DNA of 63,660 nucleotides, filler included, from Octopus bimaculoides (GCF_001194135.2; 7 parts of 6 records of this genome joined end to end with filler, not necessarily neighbours in it); one strand, 5' to 3'; counted from the whole stretch's first letter, positions 24,920 to 38,640 are shown. Notes: generated by a model not told the origin, from the sequence alone. A program made the numbers and translations.

Positions 24920-27675
24920 CACACATATAAATAGATAGATAGCTAGATAGAGAGAGAGAGAGAGAGAAAGCTGTATAGCCAGATAGAGGTATGTACAAAA
25001 AGAGAGAAGGCGAGATAGATAAACATAGATAAATAGATGGTGAGAGAGAGAGAGAGAGAGGGGGGGAGAGAAAAAGAGAGAGACACACAGTTATATACAT
25101 ATACATATAGTTATATGCATCATGATAGATATAGAGACGGACAGTGAGATCCAAAGAAAGAAAAGGAGTGACAGCGACAATGGGGGTGCGTGTGTGTGTG
25201 AGTGTATGTCTTTGTATGTGTGTGTTGTGTGTGTGTGTGTGTGTGATAGAGAGAGGGAGAGAGAGATAGTGAGAGAGAGAGACAGAGAGGGTGAGAGATT
25301 GTTGAAGAGATGGAAATGGAGAAATAGAAAGGGAAAACAAATTAATTATGAAATAAATAAAGCAGTCAGAAATGCACAATAAAAACAAATTAAAAATGGT
25401 AAAGAGAAAAGTAGAATAGAATTGGCAGAAAAGAATTGTGTGCCTTTGACATAGTAACATGGTGGTAGCTTGAAGAGCCATTGTACACATACACGCGCAC
25501 ACAAACACACACACAGACACACAGACACACACACACACACTTATACAAACGCACACCCACACTTACAAAAAAAAATATGTTCTTGTATAATTTGCCAGCT
25601 ATACATAAGAACACTCTTTTGTATCCACTATATGATATTTTTTCTTATTATTTTTAAGGAGGCTTTTGTAAGTTCCTTTATCGGATGCCCAGGCCAGACA
25701 AACGTGACATCACCCTCACCTTCACATTTTCTTTACTATTTTCTTCTACTAATCCCTTTCTTTGAGAGAAATATTGACAAGGAACCCCTTTACCTCCAGA
25801 CCCTAACCCTTCGTCCGGTCATTATTTGCCTCATTTGTCCCCTTTTTATTATCTTATTTCTTTCCCATTCAAGAATCCACTTCTTATTTTTTTGTCGTCC
25901 ATCTTAACATTATTTTCTTATTCAAACCAACATCTCTCGAATATGCTCTTTCAGTTTCCATCTTCATATCTTCAACTTCACAATACATATTATCACCATT
26001 CTATGTTATTCTGTTTCCCTGTTATTCTCTACTGTTTTGCTGCCATTATAGTCTCTGCTAATAGTTCCTAATAACAAATTGCTCTTTCATACACTTCAAT
26101 GGTCTATTTTTATTATTTTTATCAAATATATTGCATTTATTATATTTCTCTTGTACACTTTAAAATTTCTAAAACATTTATTTTTATTCATTTCATCTCA
26201 CGCTTTTCAAAACTAATAAAACATGCATAAAAAAGGTAAAACATATCAAAAGAAGCTATCTATATATTTTCTATAATATTTTTATAGAATTTCCTTATTT
26301 TCTTCTATTTTCTGATAAAGTGGCTTCGAAAAAAATGATACTAAGAAAAGTTATTTAAATATACTACAAAAATCACAGAAATTATTTGCTTGTTTTTTCA
26401 TAGTCCCATAATTCCATTTTATTCAAACCTTTTAAATATTATAACAGTACTATCCTTTTATCATATATTAAACATATTAACATCGTTAATATATCAGTGA
26501 CAATTTTGCCACTAATATTACGTCAGTAAGAAGACATCACTCATATCAACAGCATAAACAACATCTTTCGCACGATTATAAAAAATCGACATGACCCTTA
26601 ACACCGCCATCATGCACATTCACCGAAGCCTCCCTATCACTATTGGTAGACACCATCTCCGACCCCATTACCAAGATGGCTTCCACGATCAACGCCCTAC
26701 CACTGTCGTCGCTAGCTATACCGCCATTTTCTCGTTTGACCGAGACCTCTTCACTCTATTTATTAAGTATCTCTCATCAATCAAACCCTTCTTGTCGTAG
26801 TACTTATGACCATCATGCTGTCGAAAGAGTCAAAGTCTAGCTAACCCCTTTCCTATCTTCAAACCTTCAAACCACCAATTAAACTGATGGCTGTAAACCA
26901 CACACGCACACGCACATACACACATATGTATATATATATATATATATNNNNNNNNNNNNNNNNNNNNNNNNNNNNNNNNNNNNNNNNNNNNNNNNNNNNN
27001 NNNNNNNNNNNNNNNNNNNNNNNNNNNNNNNNNNNNNNNNNNNNNNNNNNNNNNNNNNNNNNNNNNNNNNNNNNNNNNNNNNNNNNNNNNNNNNNNNNNN
27101 NNNNNNNNNNNNNNNNNNNNNNNNNNNNNNNNNNNNNNNNNNNNNNNNNNNNNNNNNNNNNNNNNNNNNNNNNNNNNNNNNNNNNNNNNNNNNNNNNNNN
27201 NNNNNNNNNNNNNNNNNNNNNNNNNNNNNNNNNNNNNNNNNNNNNNNNNNNNNNNNNNNNNNNNNNNNNNNNNNNNNNNNNNNNNNNNNNNNNNNNNNNN
27301 NNNNNNNNNNNNNNNNNNNNNNNNNNNNNNNNNNNNNNNNNNNNNNNNNNNNNNNNNNNNNNNNNNNNNNNNNNNNNNNNNNNNNNNNNNNNNNNNNNNN
27401 NNNNNNNNNNNNNNNNNNNNNNNNNNNNNNNNNNNNNNNNNNNNNNNNNNNNNNNNNNNNNNNNNNNNNNNNNNNNNNNNNNNNNNNNNNNNNNNNNNNN
27501 NNNNNNNNNNNNNNNNNNNNNNNNNNNNNNNNNNNNNNNNNNNNNNNNNNNNNNNNNNNNNNNNNNNNNNNNNNNNNNNNNNNNNNNNNNNNNNNNNNNN
27601 NNNNNNNNNNNNNNNNNNNNNNNNNNNNNNNNNNNNNNNNNNNNNNNNNNNNNNNNNNNNNNNNNNNNNNNNNNA

Positions 27676-27775
27676 GTAGATCTCGGTGGAATTTGAACTT
27701 AGAGCATAAAAACAGACGAAAATCCGCGTTGTATTTTGTCGGCTCTGCTAACGATTGTACCAGCTACCGCCTGCC
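27676..27775 (-). mobile_element. SINE family A, 5' fragment next to a gap
   Basis: CTCGGTGGAATTTGAACT...GCTAACGATT...CCAGCTACCGCC. Confidence 0.7.
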
Positions 27776-28485
27776 ATCTGCCAGATATTAATTAGAAAAT
27801 ACACATGACGCGCGCGCACAAAACAATGTCAAAAATGCGCATGAGCACAAGACTCTCATTCTTTCATTACATCCAGCTAGTCCAAACGTACGTTGAAATC
27901 TCGTGATATCTAACCACAACTCTAACCCTAATCCTAACCCCACCACAAATGACAAACAGTACTCAATGTTAACACCATTCAGACCGATATATCTCTGTCT
28001 CCTTCTAATAATTTACTTCAATATTTCTTCCTCATTTATTTCTCGCCTCCTTTTTTTTCAACCTTTACAAATCCGTATTCTCTCTTCTCAATAAATCGTC
28101 CACTTTTTCAGTTGTACTGTTTCAACGTGATAAAAATTGTCTGTGACAACTTTCTTTCGTTTATTCACTGCTTAATTCTGATTTCCTATGAATTTATATA
28201 ATGATTGTATGTATTTATTTATTCGCTTGCCGCCTTTTTTCCCCCATCGTTCTTCTACTTTTTCGTAGTTCTCGTCATTATTTGTTTCTATTATACTCGG
28301 AATGGATGAATGTCGAAAAGATATTTCTCAAGAAAGATTAATTCGAGAAAATATTTGTCGATGTCTGCTTCTTTGGTTCATCAAACTAATTTATTACTAA
28401 TCGAAACATAATCAATATTCTATGTTATAAAATTCTTTGCTGTATCCATATATTGAAACATAAATGTGAGTGTGTGTGTGTGTAT

Positions 28486-28538
<53 letters not shown>

Positions 28539-28638
28539 NNNNNNNNNNNNNNNNNNNNNNNNNNNNNNNNNNNNNNNNNNNNTTAATTAATTAANNNNNN
28601 NNNNNNNNNNNNNNNNNNNNNNNNNNNNNNNNNNNNNN

Positions 28639-30460
28639 AACTACCACCATCACCACAACCACCACCATCTCTGTAACCACCACCATCACCACCACCACCA
28701 CCACCATCTCTAACTACCACCATCACCACAACCACCACCATCTCTGTAACCACCACCATCACCACCACCATCTCTGTAAGTACCACCATCACCACCACCA
28801 CCATCTCTAACTACCACCATCACCACAACCACCACCATCTCTGTAACCACCACCATCACCACCACCACCACCACCACCATCTCTAACTACCACCATCACC
28901 ACAACCACCACCATCTCTGTAACTACCATCATCACCACAACCACCACCATCTCTGTAACTACCACCATCACCATCTCTGTAACTACCACCATCACCACCA
29001 CCACCACCATCTCTAACTACCACCATCACCACAACCACCACCATCTCTGTAACTACCACCATCACCACAAGCACCACTATCTCTGTAACTACCACCATCA
29101 CCACAACCACCACCATCTCTGTAACCACCACCATCACCACCACCACCACCACCACCATCTATGTAACTACCACCATCACCACCACCACNNNNNNNNNNNN
29201 NNNNNNNNNNNNNNNNNNNNNNNNNNNNNNNNNNNNNNNNNNNNNNNNNNNNNNNNNNNNNNNNNNNNNNNNNNNNNNNNNNNNNNNNNNNNNNNNNNNN
29301 NNNNNNNNNNNNNNNNNNNNNNNNNNNNNNNNNNNNNNNNNNNNNNNNNNNNNNNNNNNNNNNNNNNNNNNNNNNNNNNNNNNNNNNNNNNNNNNNNNNN
29401 NNNNNNNNNNNNNNNNNNNNNNNNNNNNNNNNNNNNNNNNNNNNNNNNNNNNNNNNNNNNNNNNNNNNNNNNNNNNNNNNNNNNNNNNNNNNNNNNNNNN
29501 NNNNNNNNNNNNNNNNNNNNNNNNNNNNNNNNNNNNNNNNNNNNNNNNNNNNNNNNNNNNNNNNNNNNNNNNNNNNNNNNNNNNNNNNNNNNNNNNNNNN
29601 NNNNNNNNNNNNNNNNNNNNNNNNNNNNNNNNNNNNNNNNNNNNNNNNNNNNNNNNNNNNNNNNNNNNNNNNNNNNNNNNNNNNNNNNNNNNNNNNNNNN
29701 NNNNNNNNNNNNNNNNNNNNNNNNNNNNNNNNNNNNNNNNNNNNNNNNNNNNNNNNNNNNNNNNNNNNNNNNNNNNNNNNNNNNNNNNNNNNNNNNNNNN
29801 NNNNNNNNNNNNNNNNNNNNNNNNNNNNNNNNNNNNNNNNNNNNNNNNNNNNNNNNNNNNNNNNNNNNNNNNNNNNNNNNNNNNNNNNNNNNNNNNNNNN
29901 NCTACCACCATCACCACCACCACCACCATCTCTAACTACCACCATCACCACAACCACCACCATCTCTGTAACTACCACCATCACCACAAGCACCACTATC
30001 TCTGTAACTACCACCATCACCACAACCACCACCATCTCTGTAACCACCACCATCACCACCACCACCACCACCACCATCTATGTAACTACCACCATCACCA
30101 CCACCACCACCACCATCTCTGTAACTACAACCATCACCACAACCACCACCATCTCTGTAACTACCACCATCACCACAACCACCACCATCACCACAACCAC
30201 CACCATCTCTGTAACTACCACCATCACCACAACCACCACCATCTCTGTAAGTACCACCATCACCACCACCACCACCATCACCACAACCACCACCATCTCT
30301 GTAACTACCACCACAACCACTACGACGACTACAACGACCACCACCACTACCATCACCCCCTTTACAACAACCACAACTACTAACACCACCACTACAACTA
30401 CCGCCATCACCACCACCACTACAACTACCACCACTACCACCTTTACAACCACCAATGTAC
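28639..30460. repeat. ACC-derived minisatellite, unit about 34-36 bp (CTACCACCATCACCACAACCACCACCATCTCTGTAA), with an internal gap
   Basis: Seen directly; variant units end in ATCTCTGTAA, ATCTCTAA or ATCTATGTAA. Confidence 0.95.
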
Positions 30461-30699
30461 TACTGACACTGTTAAATGCCATTGTCAAGAGCCCTCCCCT
30501 TCCTCCTCTCTTTCTCCCTCTCTCCAACCATTATGCTGTCTCTTCCCCCTCACTCACTTTACAGTATTGCAATCCCTCCTACCATCCCTCAACACCAGTA
30601 TTTGGGTTTATTTGATGTGAATGTGTGTATGTATGTGTATACGGATGCATGTGTATGCATGAATGTATGTGTATCTACATATGCATGCGTGCGTGTATG

Positions 30700-31610
30700 T
30701 ATGTATGTATATTTATGTTTATGTACATGAGTATATATATATATATATATATATGCACATGCACACACACATGTATGCATGAATGTATATATGAATGCAT
30801 GCAAACATATCTGGGGGAATCATCAGTGTGTGTGTGTGTATGTATGCGTGTGTATATACATGTGCGTGCATATATATACATATATATATATGTATGTGTG
30901 TATGTATATATATGTTTATGTACATGTGTATGTAGGTATATGTATGTATATATGTGGGTGTGTATATATGTATTATGTTTGTGTCTATATTTTTGTATAT
31001 ATATGCGTGTGTGTGCACATATATATACATATATATGTGTGTGTGTATGTGTATGTATGTTTATGTACATGTGTAGGTATATGTATGTGTATATGTATAT
31101 ATGTGGGTGTATAAATGTATTATGTTTGTGTCTATATATTTGTATATATAGCTGTGTTTGTGTGTGTGTGTGTATATATATGCGTGTGTGTGCATATATA
31201 TACATATATGTGTGTGTGTGTATGTATATGTATGTTTATGTACATGTGTATATATATGTTTGTATGTAGGTAAATGTATGTGTATATACGTATTATGTTT
31301 GTGTCTATATATTTGTGTATATATATATATATATATATATCTGTGTGTGTGCATATATACATATATATGTGTGTGTATGTACATGTATGTTTATGTGCAT
31401 GTGTACGTATATGTTTGTATGTAGGTATATGTATCTATGTGGGTATGTATATATGTATTATATTTGTGTCTATATATTTGTATATATATATATATTATAT
31501 ATATATATATATATTATATATATATATATATATCTGTGTGGGTGTGTGTGTGTTTATATGTGGGTGTGTGTGTGTTTATATGTGTGTGTGTGCATGCATG
31601 CGTACATAAT
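30700..31610. repeat. Higher-order TA/TG minisatellite, about four units of 145-175 bp
   Basis: Landmark GTTTATGT(A/G)CATG recurs at about 30715, 30914, 31059, 31235 and 31389; TATTAT(G/A)TTTGTGTCTATAT recurs at about 30970, 31099, 31281 and 31456. Confidence 0.8.
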
Positions 31611-31779
31611 CAAGAATGTGGATATTATCATCTTGGGTTACCCGGCAGCCAAATTGTCATCTGGTGGCAACTGACCCAAACGAGGGTGAGCAGTGGGTGG
31701 CCTCCCAGAACCAGTGTCAAGCCTTGATGAAGGTCAGACAACCATGGGGCCATTGCTGGGAATGTTATCTAAGACAATG

Positions 31780-32330
31780 ATCACAATGATGATGATGATG
31801 ATGATGATGATATGTCTGTCGTCTTGGTCTGGCATGAATGTTGGTTGTCGATGATAAATGATGGTGTTGGTGATTGGGATGACTACAGAGATGAAATTGG
31901 TAGGAAAACGATGGTTATAGTGGTGGTGGTGGTGGTGATGGTAGTGGTGTTAGTGGTGATGGTGGTGGTGGTGCTATTGATGATGATAGTAATGATAATT
32001 TTGGTGATGGTGATAAGGATGGGGAAGTGTGTTGATCATGATGATAGTGATGAGGAGGAGGAGGATGATGATGATGAATGTGTAGATGATAAAGATGATA
32101 ATCATGGTAATGATGTTGATGACAATGCTGATGGGGTTATGATGCTGATGATGACAGTAGAGTCGATGATGATGATGAAGATGACAATAATGATGATGAT
32201 GATGATGATGATGATGATAATGTTGGTAATAGCAATGCTGAGATTGGCGATGGAAGGGAAGACATCGATGACAACAACAACAATGATGATGAAGATGATG
32301 ATGATGATGATGGTGATGGTTAATTGCATG
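31780..32330. repeat. (GAT)n/(GGT)n-rich degenerate trinucleotide tract
   Basis: Seen directly. Confidence 0.85.
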
Positions 32331-32353
32331 GTCTGTAGCAGAATGTGTTTATC

Positions 32354-32502
32354 GGCGGTGAGCTGGCAGAAACATTAGCACGCCTGGCAAAATGCTTAGC
32401 GGTATTTCATCTGCCGTTACGTTCTCAGTTCAAATTCCGCTGAGGTTGACTTTGCTTTTCATCCTTTCGGGGTCGATAAATAAAGTACCAGTTACGCACT
32501 GG
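32354..32502 (+). mobile_element. SINE family A, 3'-truncated
   Basis: GGCGGTGAGCTGGCAGAAACATTAGCACG through CCAGTTACGCACTGG. Confidence 0.88.
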
Positions 32503-32808
32503 AGCACCACCTTTAGTCGAGGAAATTGACCCCAGGACTTATTCTTTGTAAGCCTAGTACTTATTCTATCGGTCTCTTTTGCCGAACTGCTAAGTTACAG
32601 GGACGCAAACACACCAACATCGGTTGTCAAGCAAATTTGGGGGACAAACACACACACATATACATATATACAACGGGCTTCTTTCAGTTTCCATATACCA
32701 AATCTACTCACAAGGCTTTGGTCGGCCTCGAGGCTATAGGAGAAAACACTTGCCCAAGGTGCAACGCAGTGGGACCGAACCCAGAACCATGTGGTTGATA
32801 AGCAAGCT
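32503..32808 (-). mobile_element. SINE family B with an internal CA/TA microsatellite
   Basis: Reverse complement of 57178-57530, including CTTGCCCAAGGTG (CORE-like) and the tRNA-like head. Confidence 0.88.
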
Positions 32809-33779
32809 ATATATATATATACATACACACACATGTATAGGATTTGTATGTGAAAGAAATGTGTATATAACTGTACATCAAGTTATGAAGTCTATAAAAA
32901 GTGTGTGTATTTAACTAAACGTGTGTAAATTTAGTTACTCACGTTTCGGGAAGTATATGTATTTAATTACATATACACGGTTTATTATCAGTTCCAATAT
33001 GCTTGGGTCATATTCGAACCCATATGGAAGCCGTTCACTGTGTTTTGTCATGGAGAAGATTTCTCGCTATGGAGAAATGGTGTGAATACTCCTAAAATCG
33101 ACTCACAGTGGCAGATTGTAAAGTGCAAGCATTTATTTACAGTGAACCACCGATGACAGGAATATCATAAGGGAGACAGTATCTCTTATCAGCTTGCAGT
33201 TCATTCTTTCTGGTGTCTGTGACTGAAGAGGAGGTAACCACTCTGAAAATGCTTGCACCTCACAGCCTGGGTAGGTGCCACTGTGAGCTGACATTAGTGT
33301 TAGTTGAACGAAGACAAATGCACATATATTTACACACACACACACATACAAACACACGTGCAAGCATATATATAAGTGGTGTGCTTAAGATGCGAAAGAA
33401 TAGATTTCTATTCCATTAGTTTACAGCTGTTTCGTAATCATGTAAGTTAATTCATATATATATCTCTACATATCTATCTACCTACCTATCAGTCTTCCTT
33501 TGTATCTACCTATCTCTCTTCCTATCTATCAGTCTTCCTATGTACCTACCTATCTCTCTCTCTCTCTCTCTCTCCCTATCTCTCTCTCTCTTCCTATCTG
33601 TCTCCCTCTCTCTCTCTATATATATATGTATATATATCATATGAAATGGAGTTAATAGTGAAGGATTATCAATCCAAGGAGAAAAAAAACTTCATAAGCT
33701 TTCTGTTAGCACACCAGGCTAACAGTATTCTTTAGATTGGTAAAGAACTCTGTGCATTCTTGTGGCAGGGTCCGAGGTT

Positions 33780-34034
33780 ATATGTATGTGTGTGTGTGTG
33801 TGTGTAATTATGTATATATGTATATGAATGAATATGCATGTATGTGTGTGTGAATATATATATATATATGTGTGTGTGTGTGTATATATGTAAATGTATA
33901 TATATGTATAGATATATGTGTATATATATGTATGTAGATGTGTATATATATGTATGTAGATGTGTATATATATATGTGTATATATATGTATGTAGATGTA
34001 TATATATATATATATGTGTGTGTATGTATATATA

Positions 34035-34078
<44 letters not shown>

Positions 34079-34163
34079 TATATACATATATATATACACA
34101 TATACATATGCATGTATATATGTATTGTATATATATATATATATATACATACATATGTATATA

Positions 34164-34260
<97 letters not shown>

Positions 34261-34420
34261 GTAGATATATATGTATATATATATCTATCTATCTATATAT
34301 ATATATATATATATACGTGCGTATGTGTAGATATATATGTATGTATATATAGATATGTATATGTATATATCTCTCTATATATATGTGTGAACATATACAT
34401 ACATACATAAATTGGTATTT
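33780..34420. repeat. (TA)n/(TG)n compound microsatellite
   Basis: Seen directly; long pure (TA)n at about 34160-34255. Confidence 0.95.
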
Positions 34421-35021
34421 AACTGCCTTTGCATTAATCGCTATAGTTGATAACAGTATATGTGTGTAATTACATGTGTTAATCTATGCAGTCGCTAAAT
34501 GTGTCTGTGTTTTCATATACATTAATCTGAACAACTTCTAAATATCTCTGTGTGGGTGTGTGTGTGTGTAATTTATGTGTGGAGTGTCTATAATGTGTGT
34601 GTGTATGTTTTTGTGTATTAATGTGTGCAACTTCCAGACGTGTGAGTATGTATGTATGTGTGTGTCTATGTATTATGTTTAGTCTTTAAATGCGTGCTGT
34701 TTTTAATAGTGTATGTAATTGTACATGTATTAAACTGTGCTGTTAGTATTAATGCATTTGTGTGTGTATGTGTTAGTATGTGCAGTCTCTAAATCTGTGT
34801 TTTGTGTGCGTATGTGTGTGTGTGTGTGTGTGTGTGTATCCATGTGTATAATTATGAGTGTTAAGCTGCAGGGGATATGGGCTGTAACTGCCTGTATATG
34901 TGTGTATGCCGCCTGTTTATAATTATATATATTACTGGGGTCTGTAACAGTGTGTATATATGTGTATGAATTATATATGTAAGTGCTTGTCTGTAAATGT
35001 CTATGATAATGTGTCCATAGT

Positions 35022-35060
<39 letters not shown>

Positions 35061-35972
35061 ATATGTGTATGTATGGGTTGTCTTGAGCTATGCTGTTTGT
35101 GGCAGTGTATATATACATGTGTGTGTATATTTGTGTGTATATATGTTAGGCTGTGTAGAACGTTGGTGTGTTTGTGTTGTTTTGTGGCAGTATGTATATG
35201 TGTGTGTGTCTATATATATATTTTTGTTTATACACACTGGTGTGTTAGGCTGTGTGTATGTTATGTTCATGGTAATATGTATATATACATGTGTGTGTGT
35301 ATATTTATGTGTATCTATAATGATATGCTAAGCTGTGTAGAATGTAATATGTATGTATGTATGCACATTTTTCATAATTATCTGTTATGCTATGAGCTCT
35401 CAAGCTGTGTGTGCACATATATGTATGTGTGTGTATACGTGTGTGTATGTGTGTGTGTGTTTCTGATTCTGAAAAGCAATTCTACAGAAAATCAGCAGGG
35501 CATGTCAAATCAACTAATCAATTGGAAATCACTTTGAAATGTTATCAAATATGTCCCCAGGGGGCAGGTGACATCATTGTCAGTGGGAGGGGGGGGGCCA
35601 AGGTGGAGGGGAGAGGAGGCTGCTGGTAGAGCTACATCCAGATAGTCCATCTGTCTGTTGGTCTGTTTCTCTCTCTCTGCCTGTCTGACTGTCTGTCCGT
35701 GCATTTGTCTGTCTGCGTGTGTTTGTAATTGTGCTTGTCCTTATGTGTGCTGTGTGTGTGTGTGTGTGTGCGTGTGTCTGTGTGTTGGTGTGTGCAGTGT
35801 ATATATGTGTTCGTTTGTGGCATGTATGTATGTGTGTGTGTGGGTTTCCCTTTTCCAGCAATAGTTGTGTGTATATATATGCATATGTATGTGTGTGTGT
35901 GCATATATATGTGTGTGTGAATTTTCGTACATACGTGTTTGTATATATGTGTATATATATGTGTGTGTGTAC

Positions 35973-36010
<38 letters not shown>

Positions 36011-36289
36011 NNNNNNNNNNNNNNNNNNNNNNNNNNNNNNNNNNNNNNNNNNNNTTAATTAATTAANNNNNNNNNNNNNNNNNNNNNNNNNNNNNNNNNN
36101 NNNNNNNNNNTGTGTGTGTGTGTGTGTTTGTGTGCGCGCGTGAGGGCAGGCGGGCGTGTGTGGGTGGGAATATGTCTATCTTTATACTGTGTAACTTCGA
36201 TCACGCCTCTTTCAATTCCATGATTTTGCGTTAGAAAACATTAGTATAACATTTAGAAAACGTACTGTCTCTGCTTTTCTTTGAAACAT

Positions 36290-36550
36290 TCACCTTTGGA
36301 TAGCAAGCGTAGAAATTTAAATATTGGTGTGTGTCAGTTGTTTTGTAAAATGTGACAGCGGAGTTCTGCATTTTTATGTGGATATCCAGGAATTGTAGTT
36401 CAGTGCAATTGGATTCTGTCGTGAATTTCATGGATGAGTGAAGTGTCTTCGGTATATTGTTAAATATATTTAGATCTTCATTTGATTTGTCCCAGAAAAT
36501 GAAGCAATCATCAAGGAAGCGTTTCCAGTATTTAATGATATATTTCTTGT
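36290..36550 (-). mobile_element. Penelope-like element reverse transcriptase fragment
   Basis: KYWKRFLDDCFIFW...MKFTTESNCTELQFLDIHIKMQN...FYKTTDTHQYLNFYACYP matches the PLE RT YxDD, FLD and YxKPTDT..YL..SCHP pattern. Confidence 0.85.
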
Positions 36551-36556
36551 ACTCCA

Positions 36557-36627
36557 CTAAGTTACAGGGACGTAAACACACCAGCATCAGTTGTCAAGCG
36601 ATGTTAGGAGAACAAACACAAACACAT

Positions 36628-36675
<48 letters not shown>

Positions 36676-36834
36676 TGGGCTGCTTTCAGCTTCCGTCTAC
36701 CAAATCCACTCACAAGGCTTTAGTCGGCCCGAGCTTATAGTATAGGAGACTTGTCCAAAGTGACACGCAGTGGGATTGAACCCGGAACCATGTGGTTGGT
36801 AGGCATGCTACTTACCTCACAGCCACTCCTACAC
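36557..36834 (-). mobile_element. SINE family B with an internal (CA)n
   Basis: Matches the family B consensus; lies between the PLE and RTE fragments. Confidence 0.88.
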
Positions 36835-36843
36835 CTGTTTAAT

Positions 36844-37020
36844 AATCGATACAAAGAAGATCCAGGCAACCAAGTTTGCCCAGTATTTTCTTCAGTGAAT
36901 TGCTATTCACAGTATGGAACGCTTTGGTTAAATCAATATCACGCAACACAAGGTCAAATTTCTACTCATAGCATTTCTCTTGCATCTCTCTTGTGAAAAC
37001 CATATCAATATTTTCTGTGT
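36844..37020 (-). mobile_element. RTE-clade LINE reverse transcriptase fragment
   Basis: TENIDMVFTREMQEKCYE*KFDLVLRDIDLTKAFHTVNSNSLKKILGKLGC parallels RTE/BovB DMIF.RQLQEKCRE...FIDLTKAFDTV...LWKIL.KFGCP. Confidence 0.75.
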
Positions 37021-38004
37021 CAGGTGATATGGGAGGTCAATGGGAAAGCAATACTCATCACAGATGGAAGAAACCAGTAAAGAAACGAGCGGTTATTTTT
37101 GTAAAAACACATATTTTTCATGCTGGATTTAAGCAAGCAGTTCGGAAAAGTACTGCCAATGTTGTGAATAGGTGAAGTTTCATCTGTAATATCTGTAGAC
37201 ACGTTTGTTAATCAAAAACTGGGCTCATTAGTTAAGTGTTAAAGAAAAAGTTAAGCCACTTATCTTTTAGTATGCTAAGGTTCAATTAATCAAGTCTAGA
37301 AATTAAGTAATCATCTGTCTCAAACCAGACGCTGAAATATATAATTAATTATAAGGAAACTAATACAAATACATCTTTAATTTCTGCCATTCAACTAAAG
37401 TAATTTAATGAGAGAGTTGTTTCCCTTGCACTAAAGTTCTCTCCCATAGCAGGAGTTGCCTCCCGTAATTGTTAATACTTGGTGTCAATTTTCTTCTNNN
37501 NNNNNNNNNNNNNNNNNNNNNNNNNNNNNNNNNNNNNNNNNNNNNNNNNNNNNNNNNNNNNNNNNNNNNNNNNNNNNNNNNNNNNNNNNNNNNNNNNNNN
37601 NNNNNNNNNNNNNNNNNNNNNNNNNNNNNNNNNNNNNNNNNNNNNNNNNNNNNNNNNNNNNNNNNNNNNNNNNNNNNNNNNNNNNNNNNNNNNNNNNNNN
37701 NNNNNNNNNNNNNNNNNNNNNNNNNNNNNNNNNNNNNNNNNNNNNNNNNNNNNNNNNNNNNNNNNNNNNNNNNNNNNNNNNNNNNNNNNNNNNNNNNNNN
37801 NNNNNNNNNNNNNNNNNNNNNNNNNNNNNNNNNNNNNNNNNNNNNNNNNNNNNNNNNNNNNNNNNNNNNNNNNNNNNNNNNNNNNNNNNNNNNNNNNNNN
37901 NNNNNNNNNNNNNNNNNNNNNNNNNNNNNNNNNNNNNNNNNNNNNNNNNNNNNNNNNNNNNNNNNNNNNNNNNNNNNNTTTTTTTTTTTTTTTTTTTTTT
38001 TTTT

Positions 38005-38640
38005 GTTTCTACAATGATTTTCCATCTATCTGGAATATTTGCAAGGCCCCTTTTCCAAAATTCACATACCTGTGACGAAAATTACTCCTCCAGTACTATT
38101 CCGAACTCATCTACGGAATTCATATTTTCTCCTTCCAAATGATTTTGGAGATTGCGGAATAAATAATAATCAGAGGAGGCAATGTCCAGCAAATATAGTG
38201 GGTGGATCATCGTTTCCCATTTAAACTGCTCCAGACTGAAATGTCATCGTCGCTGTATGTAACCGAGCATTATCCTGATGGAAGAACACCCTTTGTCTTG
38301 AAACCAAAGATGGTCGTTTTTCTTCTAGCGTTGACTTGAATGACTGGTTGAATGACTAAATTCAAGCTTCTCTGCTCATTCCCCCTAAAGACGAGGCTTG
38401 TCTTCTTGACTGTAGTTTCCGGCTCGGAATTTCTGGAAACACTGTTGACACTGGATTACGCTTATTGTCCGAACCCCATATACAGCATTAATATTCCTTG
38501 CACTGTCCGTTGCGTTATTGCCTTTATTGAACTCATGAAGCAAAATATGTCGTATGCTCTTTTGTCAATTCTATCATAACTTCGAAAATATAACTGTTAA
38601 AATCGAACTGCATTCTTCAAAACTTGCAATAAGAATAAGA
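38005..38640 (-). mobile_element. Internally deleted mariner transposon
   Basis: N-terminal HTH RHILLHEFNKGNNATDSARNINAVYG...KFRAGNYSQEDKPR joined to C-terminal VFFHQDNARLHTA and IHPLYLLDIASSDYYLFRNLQNHL...RWKIIVE. Confidence 0.88.

Noticed and set aside
28639-30460. Mucin-like Thr-rich or Val/Gly-rich coding exon
   Set aside because: Frame-shifting unit variants and no splice or start context; explained as a minisatellite.
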